Source: a virus
Length of the DNA stretch: 64,000 nucleotides
Virus record (IMG/VR): IMGVR_UViG_3300009593_002680
Strand: one strand, 5' to 3'
The translations under genes and the position numbers were made by a program. This document shows positions 1 to 9,392 of the stretch, one piece after another (position 1 is the stretch's first letter; each line of letters opens with the position of its first letter). The notes beneath the pieces are model-generated. The model had not been told where the DNA came from, made no database searches, and worked only from the letters and a program-made list of their open reading frames with translations.

Positions 1-2
1 TT

Positions 3-737
3 AGAGGTCAAGACACTTTTATAAAATCAGAAAAATTAAAATGGAGTAGATATACATACAAAATGTCTACAGATGGTGCTGGAGAAGGATACCGTGCAGA
101 CTTTGGTAGTTTTAATGGTAATGCAATAATAACAGATACTAAATTAAAACGTGATGTATGGGAGTGGCTTAATGAAACGTTACACCCAGATTATTTTCAA
201 GAGATTTGGAAATTTTCATCAGGTACTAATACACCTCCAGTTACTGTATTATGTTTTTCTATGGAAACTAGTGGTTGGCATAATGAAGGACCTGTACCAC
301 ACCCAGACTTTGATAATTCTAGGAGACCACCAGCAGTAATTAATTTTAGACTTTTAGGTGATGTAGATAACAGTTATATAGAATTTGCACAACCAGATGA
401 AGAAATGCAACAAGCAGAAGACGAAATAGTTGAAATGTTTATAGAAGATATTAAAAACTCTACAGCACCAGATCCTATGTTGACAACTGCAACAGAACAT
501 AAGAACTTAATTATGGCAAGTACATTACAATTATTTCATAATAATGTTTGGGAACCAAATTTAATACCAATTACAAAACATGTAGGACAACATAATCCAT
601 ACATTGTTAATGTTGGTAAATGGCACAGAGTAGTTACAAATGGCACACCTAGAGTTACTTTTAGAATACATGCTAATACAAATTTAACATTTGAACAAAT
701 AGAACAAATGGTAGAGGCAGGAGAGTTTTTTAAATAA
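3..737 (+). CDS. Cupin/2OG-Fe(II) oxygenase-like protein, 5'-partial
   Basis: WHNEG...WHRV...PRVT metal/2OG-like motifs. The frame is open from base 3 (RGQDTFIKSEKLKWSRY), and this stretch aligns with the paralog's TVQSGKIRWTNW, so the gene begins before the window. Confidence 0.6.
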   Translation, partial: RGQDTFIKSEKLKWSRYTYKMSTDGAGEGYRADFGSFNGNAIITDTKLKRDVWEWLNETLHPDYFQEIWKFSSGTNTPPVTVLCFSMETSGWHNEGPVPHPDFDNSRRPPAVINFRLLGDVDNSYIEFAQPDEEMQQAEDEIVEMFIEDIKNSTAPDPMLTTATEHKNLIMASTLQLFHNNVWEPNLIPITKHVGQHNPYIVNVGKWHRVVTNGTPRVTFRIHANTNLTFEQIEQMVEAGEFFK

Positions 738-1591
738 TGCTAGAATGTTATTGTGATTGTGTTGGAGTAGAGTTTCCGTTTACAGCGGAAGACTTTTTTA
801 CAGAACAAGACATAGACATGATTAACGGTAATGTAATACCAGACGAAATCACAGTACAGTCTGGAAAAATTAGATGGACAAATTGGACATCTGATAAAAT
901 ACCTACAGAAGCAAAAGCAAATAGATGGTCAAACAGTTCAGATAACAAGCAACAAGCATTTAATGGTATCGGTTTTATATCAAACTTAGAATTAAAAAGA
1001 AGAGTATCAGATTGGCTACACGAAACATTCAACCCAGATTTTTTACAAAACAATTGGAGTATAAATGGTTTAAACACTCCGCCAGTTACTGTATTATGTT
1101 TTTCTAAATCTACACAGTGGCACAAAGAAGGGCCTGTATCAATACCAGCAACAGCACCAGAAGATTTTAATTCTGTATTTTTAGATGCTTATAGACATCC
1201 TGGTCTATGTAATTTTAGATTACTAGGAGACAAAGAAGGTAGTAGTTTAGAGTTTGCAAAACCAAGTGAAAATATGTGGAATGCAGAACTAGAGTTAATA
1301 GAACAATTTTGTCAAGATTATCATATTGCACAAGAACCGATAACAACTGTACTCAATGATATGACAATGGTTGTTGATAGTCATTGGCCCAATGCAAGTG
1401 TTTGGGAAGATGAATTAGAAATTATTACTGAGCATGTTGGTATGCATAATCCTTACATGGTAAATATTAATCAGTGGCATAGAGTAAAAACTAATGGAGA
1501 ACCTAGAGTAACACTTAGAGTACATGGCAGTCATGAATTAACGTTCAAACAAATGGAAGAAATGTACGATACCGGAAAATTGTTTATCTAA
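737..1591 (+). CDS. Cupin/2OG-Fe(II) oxygenase-like protein, tandem paralog of the previous gene
   Basis: Shares NTPPVTVLCFS, WHxEGP, NFRLLGD, HNPY, WHRVxTNGxPRVT with the upstream ORF. Confidence 0.6.
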   Translation: MLECYCDCVGVEFPFTAEDFFTEQDIDMINGNVIPDEITVQSGKIRWTNWTSDKIPTEAKANRWSNSSDNKQQAFNGIGFISNLELKRRVSDWLHETFNPDFLQNNWSINGLNTPPVTVLCFSKSTQWHKEGPVSIPATAPEDFNSVFLDAYRHPGLCNFRLLGDKEGSSLEFAKPSENMWNAELELIEQFCQDYHIAQEPITTVLNDMTMVVDSHWPNASVWEDELEIITEHVGMHNPYMVNINQWHRVKTNGEPRVTLRVHGSHELTFKQMEEMYDTGKLFI

Positions 1592-1614
1592 AAAAAATTG
1601 GAATATATATTAGT

Positions 1615-2271
1615 ATGATAATAGGAATAACAGGATTTATGGGCAGTGGCAAAGATACAGTTGCTGAAATGCTCGTAGAAAAAGGAGCAGTAAAAGATAG
1701 TTTTGCGGCACCTTTAAAAGATTTATGTGCTAGTGTGTTTGGTTGGGACAGACACATGTTAGAAGGTGATACTGTTGAAAGCAGAGACTTCAGAGAAACA
1801 GCAGACTTGTATTGGACAAGAAAACTAGGCATAGATAACTTCACACCAAGACTAGCACTTCAGTTGCTAGGTACAGAAATAATGCGTACACATTTTAATC
1901 AAGACATTTGGTTAGACAGTTTAGAGTATCGTATTAGAAAACAAGCACAAGAAGACCAAATAGTTGTTGTAAGCGATGCTAGATTTAAAAACGAATTAGA
2001 TTTAATCAAACAACTTGATGGTATTGTTATACATGTTATGAGAGATGACATGCCTGAATGGTATGAAACAGCCGCACACGCCAATAGAGGTAGTGTACCT
2101 GCAAAGCATACTATGGAAACACGTTATTCTAGTGTACATGCTAGTGAATGGAAATGGGCAGGATATGATTTTGATTATGAAATATCTAATACAGGAACAT
2201 TAGCAGAACTACAAACTCAAGTAGATATTATACACAATAATATCTTTTCAAATAAAATCCAAGCCATATAG
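1615..2271 (+). CDS. Deoxynucleoside monophosphate kinase (T4 gp1-like)
   Basis: IIGITGFMGSGKDT P-loop, SFAAPLK, TPRLALQLLGTE, VSDARF, HASE. Confidence 0.92.
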   Translation: MIIGITGFMGSGKDTVAEMLVEKGAVKDSFAAPLKDLCASVFGWDRHMLEGDTVESRDFRETADLYWTRKLGIDNFTPRLALQLLGTEIMRTHFNQDIWLDSLEYRIRKQAQEDQIVVVSDARFKNELDLIKQLDGIVIHVMRDDMPEWYETAAHANRGSVPAKHTMETRYSSVHASEWKWAGYDFDYEISNTGTLAELQTQVDIIHNNIFSNKIQAI

Positions 2272-2352
2272 TAAAAAATTTCTATATTTATCAAAACCGT
2301 TAAAAACCTTGTACCCTGGGAGTTTTATAATACCGGTTTTTTGCAAAATCTA

Positions 2353-2360
2353 GATAAATA
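2353..2360 (+). promoter_or_regulatory. Late promoter motif GATAAATA (T4 TATAAATA-like) upstream of the tail sheath gene
   Basis: The same octamer recurs before many structural genes (5267, 11006, 12034, 13660, 29736, 33725, 38196, 38608, 39091, 49476, 50381, 54461, 62748, 63261). Confidence 0.8.
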
Positions 2361-2393
2361 TTCGTACTAACATAATTTAATTAGGAGATTATA

Positions 2394-5180
2394 ATGGCAG
2401 AATTAGTATCACCAGGTGTTAGCATTAGTGTATCCGACGAATCGTTTTACGCCTCGGCGGGTGCTGGAACTGTACCTTTGGTTATCATCGCTACGGCCCA
2501 GGACAAAACTGGACCAGATGGATCAAGTACAGCGGCATTTACATCTAAAGCAAACGCAGGTAAATTAAAACTAATGACTAGTCAACGTGAGTTATTACAA
2601 GAATTTGGAAACCCTTTGTTTTACAAATCAGGTTCTACTCAGTTGAATGGTTATGATCTCAACGAATACGGTTTACTAGCGGCCCACAGTTTCTTAGGTT
2701 TGGCAAATAGAGCATACGTTCTAAGAGCAGACATAGATTTAAGTCAACTCGCGGCTTCCTCTACAGCACCAACTGGTGCAATAGCAGATGGATCATACTG
2801 GTTAGACACAACTGTTTCAACTTTCGGGTTGAGAGAGTGGTCAGGCACAGCATGGGTTAAGCAAGACGTATCTGTTGTAGACGCAACAAGTATTAACTCA
2901 GGAACAGGTGGACCAAGTAAAGCATTTGGACAGAACGGCGATTACGCAGTTGTGGCAAATACAGCGGCTGGTGGAACTGCTTCTCAAGTTAAATACTATG
3001 AAAAATATTCAAACGACTGGTATCAAATAGGTAGTACAAGTTGGGGAACCGCTACTAGTGGCGACTTCCAATTTGCTACTCATTTAGGCGTACCAGCATT
3101 AAGAAGTGATGGAGTATCTGCTCTATCGGCTGGAGATGTTTTTATTCAAACTTCAACACCTAACACAGGTACAAGTTTAGGAACAAAACTCTATAGTACA
3201 AGTACTAAAGCCTTTAGTTCAGTAGCAACATCAATTTATGCAAACACTGACTCAGCACTTTCTACTGTAGGTACAGCAAACGTTAAAGTTGGCGACCTAG
3301 TAGCAATATCAGGCGGCAGTGAAGCAGAATACACTTTAAAAAGACATACTGGTAGCACATCAGTTGTTGGCACAGGGTCAGCATTTACTGGTGGTGTATT
3401 AGATGTCTCAGGTAACAGCAGTTTTGACATTGTTTATAATGGCACAACTGTAGTAGTTACATTAGCAGGTACAATTTCAACTACACCCGCAACCTCAACA
3501 CCCGAAGATGCCGTTTACGACATCAACGCGGCTCTTGGTGCGGCAAGTATTACTGAAGTTCTTGCTTCTATCGGAGATGACAACAATGTTGTCCTTACTT
3601 CAAGCACAGGTAGAGATATTCTTTTACAAAGTAATCACGCAGACTTTGGACCAAGTTCAGTAGGATTTGGATCACAGGCGGTTACAGCAAGTAAAACATA
3701 CTCTAACTATGCAGACCTATCATATGTAGCAAGTAAAACTACAATGACAGGAACTCTAGCAGACGGTACTTATTGGTACAATGCGACAGTAGCCTCGGCT
3801 AACGTTGACTTATTAGAGCACAACGGAACTACGTGGGTTACTTTCACAAAAGACAAACAAGTTGCCGCAACTGCACCAACAACTCAATCAGACGGAACTG
3901 CTCTAGTGGCAGGTGATGCCTGGTTAGACTCAGATGATACTGAAAACTTCCCTAAATTCTACAAATGGTCAGGCACAGCCTGGGTTGCAGTAGATGGTAG
4001 TGACCAAGTATCAGCAGATGGTATAGTATTTGGTGACTTTAGACAAACTTCAGGCAGTTCGCTTGACGCAGACGCACCGGCGGCTACAGCATACCCAAGT
4101 GGTATCTGGGCATTTAACAAACGTGCTTCAGCAGGTAATGTTAAAGAATACAAAATTAACTATACTCCAGCAAGTACTAACATAGGTAATGTTTGGGTTG
4201 ATGCATCAATGAACAAACCAGATGGCAATATGTACGGTTTAAGAAAAGCAGTACATAACTTGGTTAAAACTAAAATGCAGGCGGCAGTAGTTTCTAATGA
4301 TGACATTAGAAGTGAAATCAATGCATTTAACGTTATAGCCGCTCCTGGATATCCAGAAATGCTAGACGAAATGGTTGCATTAAGTACAGACAGAAGGAAT
4401 ACTGCCTTTGTACTTGCTGATACACCATTCAGACTTAAAGCAGATGCTACAAGCACAAAAAATTGGGCAACAAACGCCAACAATGCTAGTGAGAATGGCG
4501 AGGACGGACTTGTTTCTTCATCACCATACGCGGCTGTTTTCTACCCAAGTGCTTTAACAACTAACTTGGACGGAACTAACGTTGTTGTTCCTCCAACACA
4601 CGTTGCTTTAAGAACACTTGCATTTAATGACCAGGTTGCTTTCCCTTGGTTCGCACCAGCAGGCTTCCAAAGAGGTCTAGTTCAAAATGCTACATCAGTA
4701 GGATATGTTGACGCACAAGGTGAATATGTTTCAGTAACATTGAACGAAGGTCAAAGAGACACATTATATAGCAACAAAGTTAATCCAATTGCTTCATTCC
4801 CAGGAAGAGGACTTGCAGTATTTGGACAAAAAACTCTGAACCCAACTGCAAGTGCATTGGACAGAATTAACGTTGCAAGACTTATTGTGTACATAAGAGA
4901 AAGACTTGACGACATCGTTAAGCCGTTCTTATTTGAACCAAATGATGCAATAACAAGGTCAAACGCAAAAGAAGTTGTTGATGGTTTACTATCAAACCTT
5001 GTTATACAAAGAGGTTTATTTGACTTCGTTACAGTATGTGACACTTCAAATAACACTCCTGCTAGAATAGATAGAAACGAACTTTACATTGACATCGCTA
5101 TACAGCCTGTCAAAGCAGTTGAGTTTATATACATTCCGATTAGAATCCAAAACACTTTGGGTACTTCAGGATCTAGTTAA
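2394..5180 (+). CDS. Tail sheath protein (gp18-like) with a large inserted domain
   Basis: MAELVSPGVSISVSDES N-terminus; C-terminal LYSNKVNPI...FGQKTL...DRINVARL...FLFEPND...RIDRNEL...PVKAVEFIYI. Confidence 0.95.
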   Translation: MAELVSPGVSISVSDESFYASAGAGTVPLVIIATAQDKTGPDGSSTAAFTSKANAGKLKLMTSQRELLQEFGNPLFYKSGSTQLNGYDLNEYGLLAAHSFLGLANRAYVLRADIDLSQLAASSTAPTGAIADGSYWLDTTVSTFGLREWSGTAWVKQDVSVVDATSINSGTGGPSKAFGQNGDYAVVANTAAGGTASQVKYYEKYSNDWYQIGSTSWGTATSGDFQFATHLGVPALRSDGVSALSAGDVFIQTSTPNTGTSLGTKLYSTSTKAFSSVATSIYANTDSALSTVGTANVKVGDLVAISGGSEAEYTLKRHTGSTSVVGTGSAFTGGVLDVSGNSSFDIVYNGTTVVVTLAGTISTTPATSTPEDAVYDINAALGAASITEVLASIGDDNNVVLTSSTGRDILLQSNHADFGPSSVGFGSQAVTASKTYSNYADLSYVASKTTMTGTLADGTYWYNATVASANVDLLEHNGTTWVTFTKDKQVAATAPTTQSDGTALVAGDAWLDSDDTENFPKFYKWSGTAWVAVDGSDQVSADGIVFGDFRQTSGSSLDADAPAATAYPSGIWAFNKRASAGNVKEYKINYTPASTNIGNVWVDASMNKPDGNMYGLRKAVHNLVKTKMQAAVVSNDDIRSEINAFNVIAAPGYPEMLDEMVALSTDRRNTAFVLADTPFRLKADATSTKNWATNANNASENGEDGLVSSSPYAAVFYPSALTTNLDGTNVVVPPTHVALRTLAFNDQVAFPWFAPAGFQRGLVQNATSVGYVDAQGEYVSVTLNEGQRDTLYSNKVNPIASFPGRGLAVFGQKTLNPTASALDRINVARLIVYIRERLDDIVKPFLFEPNDAITRSNAKEVVDGLLSNLVIQRGLFDFVTVCDTSNNTPARIDRNELYIDIAIQPVKAVEFIYIPIRIQNTLGTSGSS

Positions 5181-5196
5181 ACAAAGCATTAACTTT

Positions 5197-5224
5197 AAAA
5201 AGGGGTCTTATGACCCCTTTTTTT
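5197..5224 (+). terminator. Rho-independent terminator
   Basis: aaaaggggtc-ttat-gacccctttt followed by a T-run. Confidence 0.85.
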
Positions 5225-5335
5225 ATGTCTGATTAAAACTCTGTTTAATAAAATTACCGCTTTTTTGATAAATAAAAGTAACTATAAGGCTGTACATAAC
5301 TTAGGAGCCTTATGTAATAGATAGGAGATGATAAT

Positions 5336-5965
5336 ATGTCAACAAGTGCAAGTAAATTCGGTGTGCCTACCCAGGCAGGCGAAAAGGGTATTCTACAACC
5401 TAAATTAAAATACAGGTTTAGAGTTACACTTGGAGAAGGCTTTGGTGGTTCAGGTAATGAAACCCGAACATATACTCAAAACGTTATGAATGTTACCCGT
5501 CCTAAAGTAAACTTTGAAGAAGTTATGATTGATTCATATAATTCAAAAGTGTATGTTGCTGGAAAACACGCATGGGATCCAGTAACTGTTGTTGTTAGAG
5601 ATGACATCCAGAATTCTGTATCAAGAATTGTTGGTGCTCAAAACCAAAGACAACTTAACCACTTTGAACAAACAGCACCATTGGCTGGTACTGACTATAA
5701 ATTCGGAATGAAAATTGAATTATTAGACGGTGCTACTGCTGATGCAACTGAAACTTGGGAATGTGAAGGATGCTTCTTAACTAATGTTGATTACTCAGAA
5801 AGTGATTATGCAACTAGTGAACCTGTTACTGTTTCAATGACAGTAAGAATGGATAACTGTTTGCATACTGCAGGAACTACAAGTGTAATAAATCCAGACC
5901 AAGGATTAATGACTGGTTCACATGCAGGTTCAGTTTCTGCACCAACGGCTACCCAAGGCAGTTAA
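5336..5965 (+). CDS. Tail tube protein (gp19-like)
   Basis: Follows sheath; LQPKLKYRFRV, RPKVNFEE, YVAGKHAWDPVTV, LDG, W..EGCF. Confidence 0.88.
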   Translation: MSTSASKFGVPTQAGEKGILQPKLKYRFRVTLGEGFGGSGNETRTYTQNVMNVTRPKVNFEEVMIDSYNSKVYVAGKHAWDPVTVVVRDDIQNSVSRIVGAQNQRQLNHFEQTAPLAGTDYKFGMKIELLDGATADATETWECEGCFLTNVDYSESDYATSEPVTVSMTVRMDNCLHTAGTTSVINPDQGLMTGSHAGSVSAPTATQGS

Positions 5966-6023
5966 TAATAATTAACTTTATTAACGTAATTTTATTGCGT
6001 AATAATATTGAGGTAACAACGGT

Positions 6024-7142
6024 ATGAGTTTAAAAGGACATTTAAGAAAACTTGTGGCGACTGCAATCGGAGGTGGACAACAGTACTATAATGCAACTGT
6101 AAATCCAGACTACGGTGGAGCACCACAAGAACGAGATACTTTATATGTTGGAACAACGAATAACGCGATAAGATTCAACCCTAGCCAAACACCGGTTAGA
6201 CAAAAATTTGAAGGATATGTCAATTTTCACTTTAATAGTGAAGTTGACATCTCCTCGTTAAACAATAATGACACTCGTAATACTTTAAGCAGTCTTTGTA
6301 GGGCGGCTGAAGTTCCAACGGCAGAAATTCAAACAGATATAAAAAATCAATACAATAGAAAACGTGTAACTGTAACGCATACAGAATTCAAACCAATTAC
6401 TGTAACAGCATACGACACAGTCGATAGTGCTTGGGTAATTGTATTAATGAAAATGTATGCACATTTATTTACACAACCAATTGCAAAATTTGATACAAGT
6501 GGTAATACACCTTTACCAGCACGAGTGCCTAATGATATTGTACCAGATGCAGTAGCAGGCGGCGGATCTGAAGCAGTACATAGTGGAAACTTTGATAGCA
6601 ACTATGCAGGATATAATTTAAGACCAGCGGCACAAAGAAACTTTATTACAAGTATGGATATAGTTAAATACCATGGACAGAAAGCAATTAGGTACACAGT
6701 ATTCAATCCAATGATTACAAATTTTGAAATAGAAGGTATTGACCACGGTGATTCACAGCCAGCAATGATAACAATGAGCATATCATATGAAAACTTTACT
6801 ATTAATCCTGTAGTAAATGATTGGTTATCAGAAGAAGAACTACAAAGATTCTCAGGATTTAATGTAGGCGTATGGAACTATCTCAGAAACGGACAACAAA
6901 ATACACCAAACTTAATGGGTTCTGATGTACCAGGAAGAAGTATAGCAGATAATCCTGTTATGGGTGCTAAGAAATTAGATTTCTTAAACTTGGCTAAAGA
7001 CGCCACTAGAAGTTCACAACAGAATGAATTCTTTAAGAAGTTTGGACCAAGTGAATCTAAAGAAGATCCAAATAAAGATGAAAAGAAAAAGCCAGACAAT
7101 GGCGTAGATAACCAAAGACAAAAACTAGGAGGCAGTATTTAA
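6024..7142 (+). CDS. Tail-tube-like baseplate protein (gp48/gp54-type tube initiator)
   Basis: AEVP...KNQYNRKR...FKPITVTAYDT...NPMIT...D..DS tube-fold pattern; position. Confidence 0.6.
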   Translation: MSLKGHLRKLVATAIGGGQQYYNATVNPDYGGAPQERDTLYVGTTNNAIRFNPSQTPVRQKFEGYVNFHFNSEVDISSLNNNDTRNTLSSLCRAAEVPTAEIQTDIKNQYNRKRVTVTHTEFKPITVTAYDTVDSAWVIVLMKMYAHLFTQPIAKFDTSGNTPLPARVPNDIVPDAVAGGGSEAVHSGNFDSNYAGYNLRPAAQRNFITSMDIVKYHGQKAIRYTVFNPMITNFEIEGIDHGDSQPAMITMSISYENFTINPVVNDWLSEEELQRFSGFNVGVWNYLRNGQQNTPNLMGSDVPGRSIADNPVMGAKKLDFLNLAKDATRSSQQNEFFKKFGPSESKEDPNKDEKKKPDNGVDNQRQKLGGSI

Positions 7143-7579
7143 TGTCTTCTAAAAGCCTATATGAAACATTTGGTAATGAAATCAACTATGAAGAACGTAG
7201 AGGTAAACTTGTACAGTTTTTAGAAAACAATACAATTAACTTTCCATTACCAGAAGCAAGTATAGACATACTTGTAGAGATGGTACCACAAGACTTTAAA
7301 GGTATCGATCCTAACAAAGTAGAAATAATAGAAAACAGATTAACAAGCATAGGATTCACAGGTCCTACTGCAAGAACATTAGCATCTGCACTTATTCAAG
7401 TTGCAGACCAACAAGGTGTACACCCTATATCATACTTCGAACTTAATGAAGAAAGCATTAAGTTAGCAGAAGAGACTTATAAAGCCATAAATACTATAAG
7501 ACCAAAAGGTAATAAGATTGGTTTAACAGTAGACAAGTTTAATAAAGATAGCAAATTAGCGAACGTTATTAGACCTTAG
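7142..7579 (+). CDS. Hypothetical protein (tail/baseplate cluster)
   Basis: 145-aa ORF translationally coupled in the structural operon. Confidence 0.55.
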   Translation: MSSKSLYETFGNEINYEERRGKLVQFLENNTINFPLPEASIDILVEMVPQDFKGIDPNKVEIIENRLTSIGFTGPTARTLASALIQVADQQGVHPISYFELNEESIKLAEETYKAINTIRPKGNKIGLTVDKFNKDSKLANVIRP

Positions 7580-7587
7580 GAGATAAC

Positions 7588-8061
7588 ATGGCAGGCAACT
7601 CCCATTACAGCCAAGGTGAATATGTAGTACAAAATCCCAGCAAGTTTGTTGGGACTAAAATGCCTTTTGCCCGAAGCAGTTGGGAAACGGCATTCATGAG
7701 ATTTTGTGATAACCATCCTAACATTGTTAAGTGGGCAAGTGAAAATGTTAAAATTCCTTATAGACATCCTTTAACAGGAAAGATTACTAACTATGTTCCT
7801 GACTTTATGGTACAGTACATAGATAAGAATGGTAAGACACTAGTTGAACTAATAGAGATTAAACCAAAAAGCCAAACTATCATAGAGAATGCTAAAGGTA
7901 GAGGCGATAAAGTGGCAACAACTATAAATGCCGCCAAGTGGACAGCCGCAAATGAGTGGGCAAAAGCAAAAGGCATGCATTTTAAAGTTATCACTGAAGA
8001 CCAGATATTCCGAAATAATAAAAAACGTAAACCAACACAAAGGAAACCAAGACGAAAGTAA
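7588..8061 (+). CDS. Head completion nuclease (T4 gp4-like, TnsA-like fold)
   Basis: RSSWE..FM..CD.HP.I..WASE..IPY...YVPDF...IEIKP...N.AKW.AA. Confidence 0.9.
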   Translation: MAGNSHYSQGEYVVQNPSKFVGTKMPFARSSWETAFMRFCDNHPNIVKWASENVKIPYRHPLTGKITNYVPDFMVQYIDKNGKTLVELIEIKPKSQTIIENAKGRGDKVATTINAAKWTAANEWAKAKGMHFKVITEDQIFRNNKKRKPTQRKPRRK

Positions 8062-9131
8062 TGAAAATACAATATACAAATACTCCAAGGGACGTTATCG
8101 AGTTTGACGATGATGTTCCGGCTAATTTAGATCCTACTGATGTAGTAGAGATTTTTCAAACGCCTTTAACGGGCTCATTCAATTGGGATTACACAGTACA
8201 AGACAACAGAATAAAGAAATTATATGAACTAGGCAAACAACTTAACTGGAATGTTGAAGTAGATGTTGATTGGACACCACAATTTAAAAGTATTAGTGAT
8301 GAAGAATTTGATTTTGAAAACAATCAATGGGAAAATCATGAAACATTTAAAACGTTTGACAAAGAAACAAGACTAGAGTTCATGAAAGACTTAAACAGTT
8401 GGGCAACAAGTCAATTTTTGCATGGAGAACAAGGAGCATTATTAGTAGCATCGCAGTTAGCCTGTTGTGCGCCGACCTATAACGCAAAACTTTACGCCGC
8501 ATCGCAAACTTTCGATGAAGCAAGACATGTAGAAGCATTTAACAAATACTTACAGCAACGTTTACAACGTAGTTGGCCCATAGGTAGAGCATTAAAAGGA
8601 CTATTAGACAAAATATTAACTGATCCTCGTTGGGATTTAAAGTTTATTGGTATGCAAGTAGTCATAGAAGGATTGGCATTAGCCGCCTTTAACGCCGCCA
8701 AGTCAGCAACTAACGATCCTGTGTACGAACAAATGTTAGAATACATTATTAGAGATGAAGCAAGGCACGTTACATTTGGTATTAACTATTTAAAAGACTA
8801 TGTTACTACATTAAGTGAAGAAGAAGTAGTTGATAGAGCAAATTTTGCCTTAGAAGCCTGTACAGTAAGTAGAAATAGATTACGAGCATATGATGTATGG
8901 GAAAAATATGGTATGGATTTAGATTATACTGATACATATCAAAAAGAAAACATATTTCAAACACAATTCCAAGATGTATTGTTTAGTAGGATTATGCCTA
9001 ACCTTAAAAAAATTGGACTATTAACAGATGACCTAGTACCTGAATATGAAAAATTAGGTGTTATGGGTTATGCAGAAGGCGATAGTGATTATGAAACAAG
9101 TTGGGAAGAATTAAGTAAACCATTAAAATGA
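8061..9131 (+). CDS. Ferritin-like diiron carboxylate protein (AurF/RNR-R2 superfamily)
   Basis: HGEQGA...DEARH...IEGLA...DEARH four-helix diiron ligand pattern. Confidence 0.85.
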   Translation: MKIQYTNTPRDVIEFDDDVPANLDPTDVVEIFQTPLTGSFNWDYTVQDNRIKKLYELGKQLNWNVEVDVDWTPQFKSISDEEFDFENNQWENHETFKTFDKETRLEFMKDLNSWATSQFLHGEQGALLVASQLACCAPTYNAKLYAASQTFDEARHVEAFNKYLQQRLQRSWPIGRALKGLLDKILTDPRWDLKFIGMQVVIEGLALAAFNAAKSATNDPVYEQMLEYIIRDEARHVTFGINYLKDYVTTLSEEEVVDRANFALEACTVSRNRLRAYDVWEKYGMDLDYTDTYQKENIFQTQFQDVLFSRIMPNLKKIGLLTDDLVPEYEKLGVMGYAEGDSDYETSWEELSKPLK

Positions 9132-9247
9132 AAATAGTAGTAAGAGAACCACAAATACCTGTAGAAGGCGAACATACACTTTGTAATAGAGGTGAAGTTG
9201 CTGTATTTAGAAATGGTAAGTGGGTTAGACCAAATGAAGATAAGTGA
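9128..9247 (+). CDS. Small hypothetical protein (39 aa; not in ORF track)
   Basis: ATGA overlap with the upstream stop; MKIVVREPQIPVEGEHTLCNRGEVAVFRNGKWVRPNEDK. Confidence 0.45.
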   Translation: MKIVVREPQIPVEGEHTLCNRGEVAVFRNGKWVRPNEDK

Positions 9248-9389
9248 AATTATAGAATTCAAAGCACCTAAAAAGGTTTATGATAAACCACAAGACTATG
9301 TGGATGCTAGAAATCATAGATTTGACCAAATGTTTGGACACCCTACTAGAAAACTTAAGAAGAAAAAGTCCAAAAAGAAAAAGAAGTAA
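9234..9389 (+). CDS. Small basic protein with capsid-targeting-like N-terminus (51 aa)
   Basis: Start re-called at ATG 9234: MKISEIIE...KLKKKKSKKKKK. Confidence 0.6.
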   Translation: MKISEIIEFKAPKKVYDKPQDYVDARNHRFDQMFGHPTRKLKKKKSKKKKK

Positions 9390-9392
9390 TGT

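Noticed and set aside
8061-9131. Second NrdB
   Set aside because: Lacks the R2 radical-Tyr/ETIH context; a canonical nrdB is present at 59968
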